Source: Flaccisagitta enflata
Taxonomy: Eukaryota
Assembly: GCA_965153355.1 (NCBI GenBank)
Contig: OZ231126.1
Span: 1,116,001-1,180,000 of the forward strand
DNA: 64,000 bases
Direction of reading: 5' to 3'
Shown here: in pieces, positions 1 to 13,480 of the stretch
Position numbering within the stretch: position 1 is the stretch's first letter
Layout: each line of letters begins with the position of its first letter
Notes under the pieces: generated by a model
What the model was told of the DNA's origin: nothing
The model's database searches: none
What the model saw: the letters and a program-made list of their open reading frames with translations, nothing else
Position numbers and translations under genes: made by a program

Positions 1-518
1 TAAGTTTCGCCTGAAGCAACTTTTACTCTCATCGTGATTTTATTCTCATGTTTTTATCACTCTTTGTCAAGCTTACGGATTTAAGTTTTGTTTTTACCTT
101 TGTTAAGCTATATGGACCTCAATGGAAATAAATCTTAGGATTTTTTTGAGCTTTCCATGGCAATACGGCGATTTCATACATTATCCGTACAAGTTTTATT
201 TTTACACATTGTTCTCGTTTATTTCAATGTACCACCACCTCCTTTGCCAAATACAATACAATACAACGGTGTTTGCATTACTGCTCCTGCCCAACCGTCC
301 GCGACTGGATTGCCGTGTATCCGGCCTTATTTATTTTTGAGTTTCCTCGCTCAGATCTTATATTCATGCGAGTGATTTTCTTCTTGTGAAATGTCATTCT
401 CTTTCTGTCGCTTCTTTGTCTGTCTACCAGTCTCTCCCTTTGTCTTTCTGTCTGACCTTTTGTCTGACCTTCTGTCTATCTATCTGTCATTGTCTGCCTC
501 TGTCTGTCTGTCGGTCTA

Positions 519-579
<61 letters not shown>

Positions 580-681
580 GTCTGTCTGTCTGTCTGTCTA
601 TCTGTCTGTCAGTCTGTCTGTATGTCTATCTGCCTGTCTGTCTGTTTGTCTGTCTGCCTCTTGTCTCTGTATTTCTCTGTC

Positions 682-806
<125 letters not shown>

Positions 807-809
807 CAT

Positions 810-1121
810 ATCGAGTATGAGCGCCTTGCTCAATCATGTACTCAGTTCACGAGCGACGTGTTGGACCTTTGTCCCTCTCTCCTTCAGATCGAGTATGAGC
901 GCCTTGCTCAATCATGTACTTAGTTCACGAGCGACGTTCTCGACCTTTGTCCCTCTCTCCTTCAGATCGAGTATGAGCGCCTTGCTCAATCATGTACTCA
1001 GTTCACGAGCGACGTTCTCGACCTTTGTCCCTCTCTCCTTCAGATCAAGTATGAGCGGCTTGCTGAATCATGTACTCAGTTCACGAGCAATGTTCTCGAC
1101 CTTTGTCCTTCTCTCCTTCAG
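810..1121 (+). repeat. Four 78-bp tandem copies of TRPC exon A start plus acceptor
   Basis: Units start at 810, 888, 966 and 1044; the real exon starts at 1122. Confidence 0.92.
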
Positions 1122-1283
1122 ATCGAGTATGAGCGGCTTGCTCAATCATGTACTCAGTTCACGAGCGACGTTCTCGACCTTTGTCGCGACTCAAACGATG
1201 TCAAAGCGATTTTGTTCAGTTCTCAAGATGGAGATGAATTTCTTGGAACCATTTCCTACGCAATAAGATTCGAAGAAAAAGCG
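1122..1283 (+). CDS. TRPC-family (canonical TRP) cation channel, internal exon A (IEYERLAQSCTQFTSDVLDLCRDSNDVKAIL...AIRFEEKA)
   Basis: cttcag acceptor and GCG|gtagg donor, 54 codons, phase 0/0. Peptide resembles the TRPC pre-S1 pattern EYxxLxxxCxxFxxDLLDxCRxSxEVxAIL...AIxxExK. Not in the ORF track's frame. Confidence 0.8.
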
Positions 1284-1909
1284 GTAGGGATGACTACTGA
1301 ATGAATGAATGAATGAATGAATGAGAGGATGAATGAATGAATGAATGAAAGAATGAATGAATGTGTGTATGAACGAGTGACGCATGAATGAATGAATGAT
1401 GAATGAATGAATGAATGAATGAATGAATGAATGTGGGAATAAGAAGTTGGACATTTGATGAATCGGGGAAACAAAATCGAGGAAGAGAAACAAGTGTCAT
1501 AAAAATAGAGGAGTTACCATTCATTCATTCATTCATTCATTCATTCATTCATTCATTCATTCATTCATTCATTCATTCATTTATTCATTCACTCATTTCT
1601 CTTTCAGTTCATATCGCACCCGGTGATACAACAGTTGATTGCCACTGCTTGAATGAATCATTGATACAATCGGTGATTTACCCAATCATCCATTTATTCA
1701 TTCATCCATTTATTCATCCATTTATTCTTTCATTTATTCATTCATTCATTTATTCGTTCATTCATTCTTTCATTCATTCATTCATTCATTCTTTCATTCA
1801 TTCATTCATTCATTCATTCATTCATTCATTCATTCATTCATTCATTCATTCATTAATTCATTCATTCATTATATTCATTCATTCATTCATTCATTCATTT
1901 CCCTGCCAG

Positions 1910-2011
1910 TTCATCTCGCACCCGGTGATACAACAGTCGATCGCCACAGCTTGGAATGGAGATGGAAATATCGAAGGATCAACTTCCTTACCCGCGCTCA
2001 CAAATGGACGG
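1910..2011 (+). CDS. TRPC-like channel exon B (FISHPVIQQSIATAWNG...)
   Basis: ctgccag acceptor, CGG|gtaag donor, 34 codons; resembles the TRPC motif FVAHPNCQQxLxxIW. Confidence 0.8.
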
Positions 2012-2509
2012 GTAAGAAAGCAAGTCGGATGGACGGACGGACGGACGGGCAGACAAACGGTTGGAGGGACGGACAGATGGACGGACGGGCGGATGGATCC
2101 GGGCTCACAAATGGACGGGTAAGTCAACAAGATGAATGGACGGACAGACACACCGTGGCTAAAAACCACCCCCGACGCAGACCGGGGACCAACCAACCCG
2201 TTAAGCTTAACCAACCTAAACCACCATAGACCGTCTAGACGGGCGGACAGACGGGCGGACGGACGGATTGACGAATGACGAATGGACCTGCGCTCACTAA
2301 GGGACGACTAAGTCATGAAAACCAAAGGCTAGGAAGGCTAATTTTAGTCTTTTGAGGGGGGGGGGGAATGACTCAGAATCGGAAATGGAAGAAACTTTCC
2401 CCGCGTGAAATCAAAGGGGGTACTCCGGAAACCCAAAATTACAGATGATTGTCCTGTCTGAAATTTTAGGGCATCTGTTACTCATGGGTCGCTGCCCATA
2501 AGGCGGGGA

Positions 2510-3215
2510 AGAGATAGAATGAAGGAAAGAGATAGAATGAAAGAAAGAGATAGCATGCTAGAAAGAGATAGAATGATAGAAAGAGACAGAATGCAAGAAA
2601 GAGATAGAATGCAAGAAAGAGATAGAATGCAAGAGATACTATATAATGCTAGAAAGAGATAGAATGTAAGAAAGAGATAGAATGTAAAAAAGAGATAGAA
2701 TACAAGAAAGAAATAGAATGCTAGAAAGATATAGAATGATAGGTGGAACAACATCCCTCACTATACCCAAACTAAAATAAATGTAAGAGGGCCTTGTGAG
2801 CCCTCACTGACTAGTTACTACGCGCATCACTCCTAGTTTTCCATAAAACAGAATTTGAAAAACGTTCCCTCTCACTCTAACCCAAAAGAAAACTACTCAC
2901 CAAAATAGTTAAGGGCTAATGTCTGTTTCCTTTGTTACCAAAATTCAACAAATCACCCGATGGTAACATTGTTAAGAAACCATACCCTTAAAGGATAGAA
3001 TCGAGGTCAAGCTTACTGCGACCGCCGGACATTCCAATCCAAGAAGAAAAAGATAGAATTCAAGAAAGAGATAGAATGCAAGAAGGAGATATAATGCTAG
3101 GAAGAGATATGATTCTAGAAACAGATAGAATGCAAGAAAGAGATATAATGCAAGAAGGAGATATAATGCTAGAAAGAGATAAAATTCTAGAAAGAGATAG
3201 AATGCAAGAAAGAGA
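2510..3215 (+). repeat. 18-bp minisatellite AAGAAAGAGATAGAATGC interrupted by ~300 bp of unrelated sequence
   Basis: Arrays at 2510-2740 and 3045-3215. Confidence 0.8.
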
Positions 3216-3359
3216 TGGAAGACGAGGGAACGAAAATGGAAAAGAGGGAAGCAGATAGTAACTTAATAAGATATCGTTTTATTGACGGGACATCATCTCG
3301 TCTGGTGAAAATAGCAGTATTGGGCTGTAGGCACATGAAAGGGAAATCGATGGGGCAAG

Positions 3360-4177
3360 GAGATAGTCCGCCAGCGAATTTGGGGGTGTTCATCAACGGG
3401 GAATGAACGCATGTTGCTGAACAATGCCATAAAGCTGTTCAAGAACGACTAAAAAGAGGCTCTTGGCAAACAATTTTGTTCATGGAGGGCCCAAAAGGAC
3501 ATGTTCATGAACGACCATTCATTGAGGGGTAAAAAAAGCCGTTGCTGAACAGGTAAAAAGAAACACTCCACCAATGGTTTTGTTGGTGGAGTAGGTCTTT
3601 TACCTGTTCATGAAAAATGCTTATCTGGCTGTTAAAGAACAGCAAAAAAAAAGTTTTTTGATAAACAGTTTTGAGCATCTAGTTTAAACTAACAAATAGT
3701 TCATTATCAAAACTTTTTTGACCCTGCATGAATGGCTGGGTTAAAAGATATTTTGTTAGAGATGAAGTGATCTTGAGATTTTTTTTGCCATAAATGGATT
3801 GGACTTGACACTCTCTTCATAATTCTTAAACCATAAATAATGCTTATCTGGTTGTTCATGAAATACCAAATTTTGCCTTCTGATGAACAGTTCTGTTCAT
3901 TGAGTGGATAAATGTTACAGTGAAGACTGAAGATAATACAAATTGGGTATGAAGATATTTTGTCATAAGTGGAGTTAATCACCACTTTACCAACATAATT
4001 ATTGTTGCAGTGGATTTTTTAGCCGTTCATGAACGCGCTTTTTATGGCCTTCCGTGAACAAAATTGTTGGCCAAAGGTCTCCTAAATTGTGTTCATCAAC
4101 ACCTGTATGGCATTGTTGCTGAACAGGCGTTCATTCCCCGTTGCTGAACGCACCCAAATTCGCTGGCGGACTACCTG
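3360..4177. mobile_element. Non-autonomous hAT-like TIR element
   Basis: TIR (C/G)AG(G/A)TAGTCCGCCAGCGAATTTGGG, imperfectly extending for more than 80 bp; 8-bp TSD GGGGCAAG at 3352-3359 and 4178-4185; no ORF. Confidence 0.75.
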
Positions 4178-4721
4178 GGGGCAAGAAGGGAAGCTGATAG
4201 GAGGGGGCGAAGGGGGGGGGGGGTATGTATCGAGTAGGAAGTGTGGAGGACGGAGGGGAGGAGGATGGTAGTGGGAATATTCACCAAGTTGAGAAATTTG
4301 AGGGGTCAAGAGGGTAAGCTGAGGTGAGATGAAGGTATGGTGTGAAGAGTGGTACAGATTTATTCGATGGTTTTGAAGATTAAAGGGAGGCGAGGGTAGG
4401 AGGGACAAAGTCTCTTGAGTGTAGGGGGGACAAAGTCTCTTTTAGTTTGAAAGAATTTATATATTTTGGGTGTGGCTGTGAGCGTTTGCGTGCAAGTGGG
4501 CGTTTGTTATCTGGTGTCTGTTGAGTGTTGAAGTAAAAAAAAGACACGAAAGATGCTTGAACCCATTCACTCGATCGCTAAAACAAAGCTAAACCAGGCA
4601 CAAGTGACAATGTGAAAGCTAAATCATCTCTCCCAGTCTACCCAGAGCGGATGCGTTAGGAAAGGGCCGGTGCTATGAGCTCAGGAGCAGGGCTCTGGAT
4701 CAGCATAAGTGGATATCAGCA

Positions 4722-4829
<108 letters not shown>

Positions 4830-5566
4830 TTCTATTGTATAGAATAAATGGTGACAAATAAGGGGGCAGGATCGAGGTCAGATGGAATCACGCCGGGAAT
4901 GGAAAATGAATGCGCGAGGAGGGTAGCTGGCTGAGACATTAAGGCGGGTGGGCAGGGGTAGTGATGAAAAGGCTATTAGAACATTTGGGCAGTGACATAT
5001 AAATTGCCCACAATCAAAAAAAAAAAGATATAAACAAACATGTTGCATTCGATCAACCAAACAACCAATTGACCGACCAACTGACAGACTGACCAACTGA
5101 TCGACCAATAAACCGACGGACAGACCGACCGACATAGCGGGTTATTGACTCGCATGCACGGGACTAAAAAGCCTTTGAAAACCTAAGAAAAGATCTCTCC
5201 ATGGAGACTTTTTTTTCCTTGTAGACTTTATTGGATAAATTTTTGCGACCGAAAAAAGAACAAGTGACGCGGGGTCAAAATGTCGTTATGGACGAGGGGG
5301 CAGGGGCATCCACCCCCCAGCCTCTCCCCAACCACACCCCCAACTCCCCTCCAACGCACTCACACACAAACAATACAAACTGCAGCATCCTAAGTACGCG
5401 GACCAACGGATGGACAAAGCCTCTTATAGCGTTGCGGATTCCGCAACTAAAAAGAAAAAAAAATGAAAGGGCGGAGGACAAAACGTGACTGTGGTCCAAT
5501 ACCATTAGAATCTCTACAACGCTGTTTCTCTGAGTCTGTATTTCTACCTGTCTGAGTTGCTGACTT

Positions 5567-5753
<187 letters not shown>

Positions 5754-5792
5754 CATCGTTATAACGGATAACAACCTTCACTTGTTTTACAG

Positions 5793-5879
5793 GTGACGGA
5801 AAAAATAGGTCTTGCTCTCATTACAATCCCGATGCTTCCCTTCTTGTGCCTCACTTACACGTTCCTGCCCAACTCAAAG
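5793..5879 (+). CDS. TRPC-like channel exon C (VTEKIGLALITIPMLPFLCLTYTFLPNSK)
   Basis: ttttacag acceptor, AAG|gtatg donor, 29 codons; hydrophobic pre-S1 segment ending YxxxPxSK as in TRPC. Confidence 0.75.
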
Positions 5880-6420
5880 GTATGTTTACTGATGAAAAAC
5901 GACATGACAAAACATAACACATGGTCCACATTTAGGCGAACTAGGGTACCTTCAATAAGGATTGAGTGTTGTTATTGCTAAAGCTTTAAAACATCATTTA
6001 CTCAACTCTTGAGCTTTATTTCATGACGTTGGGACATTATAAGTGATAAGCCGGGGTTGCCACTTACACTGTCCAGGGAAACAATTGTTTACTCAAGGGA
6101 TCCTCAAAGGATGCAACTACAAAATAGAGCTTTTTCGTCACATCATTCAACATCATTTCACTTTTTACAACACAAAAATACTACTAATTAGCTACCTTCA
6201 GTGTAAAGTTTACGTTACTGGAGTTACATTTACTATGTAAACCATATTCACACATTTTCCGCCTAAATGTGAAACCATGTGTTAACAAGACATAACTTAC
6301 CTTCCTGTCAAATTCAAAGGTTTGCTGCATTTTGACTCTGTTTGTCTGTTCTCAGTTTGAATCTGTCGATGTCTTTAACATTTCGCTTCATGCTCAAATA
6401 TTTGTCCTTTTTCTGGCTCT

Positions 6421-6667
6421 AAGGTGGGGCATGCGATCACTGCGATGTCTTGTTCAATGTTCAAGTTTGTGCTCAATACTTTGTCTCTTGTTAGGTGGGG
6501 CGTGCGATGTCTTGTCCAATGTTCTAGTTCATGCTCAACACTTTGTCTCATCTCATGTCTATTGTCTCTTCTTACTCTAAGGTGGGACGTGCGATTTCTT
6601 GTCCAATGTTCAAGTTCATGATCAACACTTTGTCTCATCCATGTCTATTGTCTCTTCTTACTCTTAG
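6421..6667 (+). repeat. Three 70-87-bp copies of TRPC exon D acceptor plus exon start
   Basis: AG|GTGGG…CAATGTTCAAGTT units at 6424, 6495 and 6582. Confidence 0.88.
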
Positions 6668-6825
6668 GTGGGACGTGCGATGTCTTGTCCAATGTTCAAG
6701 TTTATGCTCAATACTTTGTCTCATCTAATGTTCATCGGATTTCTCATTGTTGCTACATTTTCTCATCCTCCCGAAGACGTCAATTCACCCACATTTGGAG
6801 ACAAACAATTCTACAAAGATGCCAC
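6668..6825 (+). CDS. TRPC-like channel exon D (VGRAMSCPMFKFMLNTLSHLMFIGFLIVATF...; S1)
   Basis: ctcttag acceptor, AC|gtaag phase-2 donor; GxxxxxPxxKFxxxxxSxxxFxxxL pattern of TRPC S1; phase matches the next exon. Confidence 0.78.
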
Positions 6826-7430
6826 GTAAGACAAAAGTTCGCTCACATTTGGAGACAAACAATTTTACAAAGATGCCACGTAAGACAAAAGTTCGCTCAC
6901 ATTTGGAGACAAATAATTCTACAAAGATGCCACGTAAGACAAAAGATCACTCACATTTGGAGACAAACGATTTTACAAAGATGCCATGTAAGATAAAAGA
7001 TCATCCACATTTGGAGACAAACAATTTTGTAAAGATGCCATGTAAGGCAAAAGATAACTCACATTTGGAGACAAACAATTTTACAAAGATGCCATGTAAG
7101 ACAAAAGATCACCCACATTTGGAGACAAACAATTTTACAAAGATTTCACATAAGGCAAAAGATCACTCACATTTGGAGACAAATAATTCTATAAAGACAC
7201 TATGTAAGACAAAAGATCTCTCACATTTGGAGACAAATAATTCTATAAAGAGACCATTTAAGACAAAAGATCACTCACATTTGGAAATAAATAATTCTAT
7301 AAAGAAACCATGTAAGACAAAAGATCCCTCACATTTGGCGACAAACAATTCTATAAAGACACCATGTAAGACAAAAGATCACTAACATTTGGAGACAAAT
7401 AATTTTGTAAAGACACAACGCAAGATAGAA
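6790..7430 (+). repeat. About 12 x 54-bp minisatellite made of the exon D end plus donor
   Basis: Unit CACATTTGGAGACAAACAATTCTACAAAGATGCCAC|GTAAGACAAAAG…; the first copy is the true exon end. Confidence 0.93.
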
Positions 7431-7855
7431 AAAAAAAACAAGTTCGAGAATATCCAGTTTTCCAGAGACATAAATCAGAAATTGAGAAAAAAATATCATT
7501 CATTCATTCATTCATTCATTTATTCATTCATTCATTCATTCATTCATTCATTCATTCATTCATTCATTTATTGATAAATAATTCATCAATTATTCATTCA
7601 TTTCCTCTTATTCATTTTTTACATTACTATTTTACTATTACATTTTACTATTTTCATTTTTTACATTACTATTTTACTATTACATTACTATTACTGTTAG
7701 TATTTTGATGATTTATTTGTTTATTCATAAAGAAATTCATTCTTTTACCCATTCAATCATGCATTTGATTTATTCATGCATGAAATTCATTCATTCATTC
7801 GTTCATTCATTCACAGATCCATTCATTCATTCATTTATTTATTTCATTCATTCAG

Positions 7856-8010
7856 GTGGAACTGCAGCAGTCCGAGTTTGGTCGAGGTTCAAAGCAACAG
7901 TAGCTGCAAAGGCGAGTCTTGCCCTCGTGAAGCTTGGAACCGCGTTTTGACGGAACTGCGCAGCATCAAATGGTTCACAGTCCAATACATTATCATCATT
8001 TGGGTGTTTG
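7856..8010 (+). CDS. TRPC-like channel exon E (WNCSS...QYIIIIWVFG; S1-S2 loop and S2)
   Basis: ttcag acceptor in phase 2 completes AC|G (Thr); G|gtaag donor; IIIIWVFG resembles TRPC S2 ILxWVxG. Confidence 0.72.
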
Positions 8011-8019
8011 GTAAGTCAT

Positions 8020-8260
8020 TTGATGGTTCACAGACCACAGTCTAATATATCATCAATATTTGGGTATTTGGTAAGTCAGTGGATGGTTCACATCATTATC
8101 ATTTGGGTGTTTGCCTGTTTGGTAAGTCATTAGACGGTTCACAGTCTGATATGTCATCATTATTTGGATATGTGGTAGGTCATTTGATGGTTCACAGTCC
8201 AATACATTATCATCATTTGGGTGTTTGGTAAGTCAATTTAGACGGTTCACAGTCTAATAT
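8020..8260 (+). repeat. About 50-bp tandem copies of the exon E end plus donor (array resumes at 13481-13600)
   Basis: GATGGTTCACAGTCCAATACATTATCATCATTTGGGTGTTTG|GTAAGTCA units. Confidence 0.9.
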
Positions 8261-8261
8261 A

Positions 8262-11200
8262 CAGGGCGTTTCACGCGTTTTGAGGTTTAAAGAATCGATA
8301 TAGCTTTCCTCCTAGAAAAGCTAATTCAAATCTGAAAAAAGGTCTGAGTAGATCTTGAAGTGCAGTTTTTTTATGTCACCAATTTTTTATACCTGCGCTT
8401 TTAGATATGCCCACTATGTAAGTTTGAAAAAAAAACCAACCATATCCAGCCTGCATCTTTAATCTGGATAACTATGGCCAGAAAAAAATCAAACTACTTG
8501 TTTGTTAGTGTTTCACATCCAGGCAATAAGAAAAATATAGCAAAATCCATGACCATGTTGAAGCTCTGCGAAAGATCTTTCTAATGAGACCTTGCTGGTT
8601 GTCATATCTCTATCCATTTAGAAATGGCAGAAGAATGAAGACAGGTGGTCAAGAATTTGGAAAGTGAGTACCACCTAATTTTCATGGGCTATCTTTATTG
8701 TAACATAGGAATTAAATTGGTTCTTGGCTCCATTTTATAGAAAATTCATAGCTCTTTAATTTGCTCATGGATATCGAGTAGCTAAGACAATCCTGAGTTA
8801 CGTAAATGACAAAAACGGAAAGAGCAAAATTTCTCGATGGAAAAAAATTGAAATGAGCATTTTTTTCAATCTGTCAATATTTTCTTCAATATTTTGCCAT
8901 TTCTAAATGAATGAAGCTACAATGTCCAGCAACGTCGCGTTTTGAAATTTTTTTTGCAGAGCTTTTAAACAGTCATGGATTTTCTGTAGTTCAGGCCAAT
9001 AGGTCTACGTTCCTTCAAGCACTGTAATACTTGGATATCACAGCTTGTCAGCATTTTTTCTTTTGATACATGATGTACTGAGCCTAAAATACAAATTTCA
9101 TTATCTTAGCTTGATAGAACCCTTCGCCGAAATCCATTTATCTATCACTACTCCAAAGTGGTTGTGGTGAAAGTGTTGAAGTTTGGTCACTTTGGGCTCA
9201 AAATCGGGCCACTTTGGTTTCGAAATTTGACCCTAAATCCATGAGATTATAAAACTAGAGCTCAAGAGCTAACCAGTGCTGCAATCCGCATATTGCTATT
9301 GTTTTTTGTTCAGATTTGAGAGCTTTTCAAAGATGGAAGGGTATGAAGGTTATTTTACCAGATGAATTTCGTGGTCAATTTTGACATTTTTTTAAATTTT
9401 TGATATATCACCGCTTTGGATAGACAAATTTAGATGAAATTGGTGACCAAATTGAAGAGTTTTTGATGCTCTAACTGAAACTGGTAAAATTTTTGATCAA
9501 TATGTCCCTCAAAAGTTTTGGGAGACTCTAGAAGCAGGTTCTAAAAAGTGAATTTTTTCGCCATTTTGGCCACTTTGGTCAAAAAATTGGGGCACTTCCG
9601 AGATAGAAAAAGACAAAAAATCCATGAGCAAATTAAACTGCAGTGCAAGATGTAGTCAATGGTGCAAATGCCATGTCAATATGTTAAAGCATATAGATTT
9701 GGCAGAGCTTTAAAGATCAGTAGGTATGATAAGATATCATTTTTGGCCATTTTGGGCTCAAACTCGGGCCACTTCACTTATAAATTTGACCCAAAATCCA
9801 TGAAATTATAAAACTAGAGCTCAAGAGCTAACCAGTGGTGCAATCTGCAAGTTGCTATCGTTTTTTGTTAAGATTTGAGAGCATTTCAAAGATGATGGGT
9901 ATGAGTGTTTTTTTACCACATGAATTTGGTGGTCAATTTTGACGTTTTTTACAATTTTTGATATATCTCCGCTTTGGGTGGACATCACCAACTGCGTGAG
10001 CTTTGGCATGGACTTGTAGAGAGCAACGGATTGCGTAGAAAATTCGGAAACCCGTTTTTTGTCACGTTTTGCTATTCCCCAATAGCATCAAAGACACTAT
10101 AGTTACGATTTTTGCATATAACGACTTCGTTTCTGGTCATTACGGTCTATTTAAAGCTATATGAAGCTATCAAAAGCTATTTAAAGCTATTTACAACTAT
10201 TTGAAGCTATTTACAACTGTTTGAAGCTATTTGAAGCTCTTCAAAAATTTTTAAAGCTAGTTAATATACATAAAACGAAATGTCTGTTTGTCTGTCTCTC
10301 TGTCTGTCTGTCTATCTGTCTCACTGTATCTCTGTAGTTATCTCGCTATGAGAGACTGAGACCAAAACTGAGAGAATCATTTCAGCATTTATGTTACGTT
10401 GATGTTATTGAATCTCATGTTAAGCATGTCAGACAATGATTGATCATTCTCAAACTTTTGTCATTTTCTATAAAATTTTTGATTAAAGGGATATAGAAAT
10501 ACTAATATGTAAAAATTTTAAGGAATGAATAATTAAAGTATATGAAACTAGAATTTAAATATAACACCTTAGATATTAAAGGTTGAAAAAATTAAAAAAA
10601 AATAGAAGTGGAAAAATTAAAAAGAAAAAAGTCAAAGAAGAAAAAAAGTCAAAAAGGAAAAAAAATTAAAAAAAAAAAAGATAATAAAAAACTAAAAAAT
10701 GAAAAATGAAAAGTCAAAAATGAAAAATAAAAAGTGAAAAATAAAAAAATGAAAAATGAAAAATGAAAAATGAAAAATGAAAAGTGAAAAGTCAAAAATG
10801 AAAAGTAGAAAAATAAAAAATGAAAAGTGAAAAGTGAAAAATGAAGAATGAAAAAAATCATTATTAATGGTGAATTTATTATATAGCATTCTTACTATCT
10901 TTAGTTTTGTTTCCAAATGATCACTAAAAATCCATAATGAGTAAAAAAGATGGACAAAAAGTGACAGCAATGACAACAATAATAACGCCTCAAAAAACGC
11001 CATATAAACGCCAAAATGGCGTTACGTTGCCATAGTGAATACCGGAAATAGCGTTACTACAGAAGTCGTTATGCAATGGGTTGGTAGAGAGACAGGAGAT
11101 ACCCTGGAGTGATGTTGTTTTAAACCTTTGATGTAATTCATTTCAGCCCTGCTTTGAATGTTGTTTTCAAGTGTTTGTGCAGGTCTTCCGTTTAAATCTT

Positions 11201-13480
11201 TGAGTTCTGAAATGGACTAAGATCCAGATTGATCTGGGCTAACCCTAGATGAGCTTAACTCATCGATTTTTCAGCACTTTTGGCGCAATGCGCCAGTGCA
11301 GCATCTTCCATAAACAAGCAAAAATTTGCCCACCACACTTTCAACTAGTCATCCAAGGATCGCACATGGTCAGCGGAATGATCAGCTGAAGAAGTGGGGT
11401 GAGAGCAGGGCAGCGGCCCCAAAGGGCCGATGTCCTGTGGGACACAGGGGTGAATTTCCAGATGTCCTGAGAAGGCCTTTGGGCTTTGGGGCTATTTTCC
11501 ATGTTATTCAATGAGAACAGTGTATTTTTTTCAATATTTTTGTCAATTTTCCATGCTATCGGATCTGAATTCTGCATTTATCTCATAATTCTATCGATTT
11601 TCCTTGTCTTTTAGTAGGGATTTCACATATTTTTAACTTCTGGTAAATTTCCCATGTTATTCAATGGGAATCGCATTTTTGCATTTTTTGTCAATTTTCC
11701 ATGTTATTCAATGGGAATTTTGCATTTCTTCAATTTTCCATGTTATTTAATGGAATTTGAGGCTCAGAAGCTTAAGCGGGGGGACGGACGGACGGATGGA
11801 CGGACGGACGGACGGACGGACGGACATACGTACGGACGGACGGACGTCTGGAAATTCACCCCTGTGTCCTACAGGACATCGGCCCTTTGGGGCCGCTGCC
11901 CAAAAAGCAAATGTTTTCTTCATTCAGCTCTCATTTCTAAACGGACAAAGACACAGGAACCAGCTTGGTCTCATTTGATAGATTTTTTGAAGATGCAAAT
12001 TTTGAAAAAAAATCATCTCACTGCGATTAAAATTAAGCAAGTTATGACACTTTAAATCACAATCATAAACTAATTATTCATGGATTTGTGACTGATTTAT
12101 AACTGGCGAAAAAATTCACTTTTTAGCACCTGCTTCAGGAGTCTCCCAAAAATTTTAAGGGTCATAATGATCAAAAATTTTGCCAGATTCAGTTAGATCA
12201 TCAAAAACTCTTCAATTTGGTCACCAATTTCAACCAAATTTGTCCATCCAAAGCGGAGATATATCAAAAATTGTAAAAAATGTCAAAATTGACTACCGAA
12301 TTCATGCGGTAAAAAAAAACCTCATACCCTTCCATCTTTGAAATGCTCTCATATCTTAACAAAAAACGATAGCAACTTGCAGATAGCACCACTGATCAGC
12401 TCTTGAGCTCTAGTTTTATAATCTAATGAATTTTGGGTCAAATTTTCAAAGCAAAGTGGCCCGATTTTGAGCCCAAAATGACCAAACTTACCAAAAAATG
12501 ACATTTTATCATACTCACTGATCTTTGAAGCTCTGCCAAATCTATATGCTTTTACATATTGATATGGCGATTTCACCATTGGTTAGATCTTGAACTGTAG
12601 TTGAATTTGCACATGGATTTTTTGTCTTTTTCTATCTCGGAAGTGCCCAAATTTTTTTGACCAAAGTAGCCAAAATGGTGACAAAATTCACTTTTTAGCA
12701 CCTGCTTCTAGAGTCCCCCCAAAATTTTGAGGGTCATATCGATCAAAAATTTTACCTGATTCAGTTAGAGCATCAAAAAATCTTCAATTTGGTCACCAAT
12801 TTCATCTAAATTTGTTCATTCAAAGCGGAGATATATCAAAAATAGTAAAAAATGTCAAAATAGGCCACCAAATTCACTGATGAAATAACCCTCACACCCT
12901 TCCATCTTTGAAGAGCTCTCAAATCTTAACAAAAAATGATGGCAAGATGCGGATTGCACCACTGGCTAGCTCTTGAGCTCTAGTTTCATAATCTCATGGA
13001 TTTCAGGTCAAATTTCAAAAGCGAAGTAGCTCCACTTTGAGCCCAAAGTGACAAAATTTCAACATTTTCACCACAACCACCTTGGGGAAGTGATGAATAA
13101 AGGGATTTCGGCAAAGGGTTTTATCAAGCTAAGATGATGAAATTTGTATCTTAGGCTCAGCACATCATGTTTCAAAATAAAAAAGGCTGACAAGTAGTGA
13201 TATCCAAGTATTACAGTGCTTAAAGAAACGTACAATAGGTGACCAGGAACTAGTAAAAGAAGTTGTCCATTTTTTTCTTTACCATGTTTAGTTAAATGGA
13301 TAATGTTGTTTACTTTTAACTCCTGTAGCTCCCAAGGTAAAAAGCGCAAATACAAAAAATTGGTGACATAAAAAAACTGCACTTCAAGATCTATTCAGAC
13401 CTTTTTTCAGAATTGGAATAGCTTTTCTAGGAGAAAAGTTATGTCGATTCTTTAAACCTCAAAACGCGTGAAACACCCTG
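8262..13480. mobile_element. 5.2-kb non-autonomous foldback-like Tc1/mariner-type element
   Basis: CAGGG(C/T)GTTTCACGCG TIRs of about 140 bp; TA TSD; additional ~1-kb inverted arms (about 9000-9980 versus 12100-13240); nested insertions in the centre. Confidence 0.88.
11313..11905 (+). mobile_element. Nested HINE/DINE-1-like short element with ~60-bp inverted repeats
   Basis: Starts AACAAG; IR GGGCAGCGGCCCCAAAGGGCCGATGTCC… at 11408 and ending 11901; (GGAC)n tract. Confidence 0.6.

Noticed and set aside
6747-7385. 212-aa repeat ORF (HLETNN…)
   Set aside because: Alternative-frame reading of the 54-bp donor-echo array in a TRPC intron.
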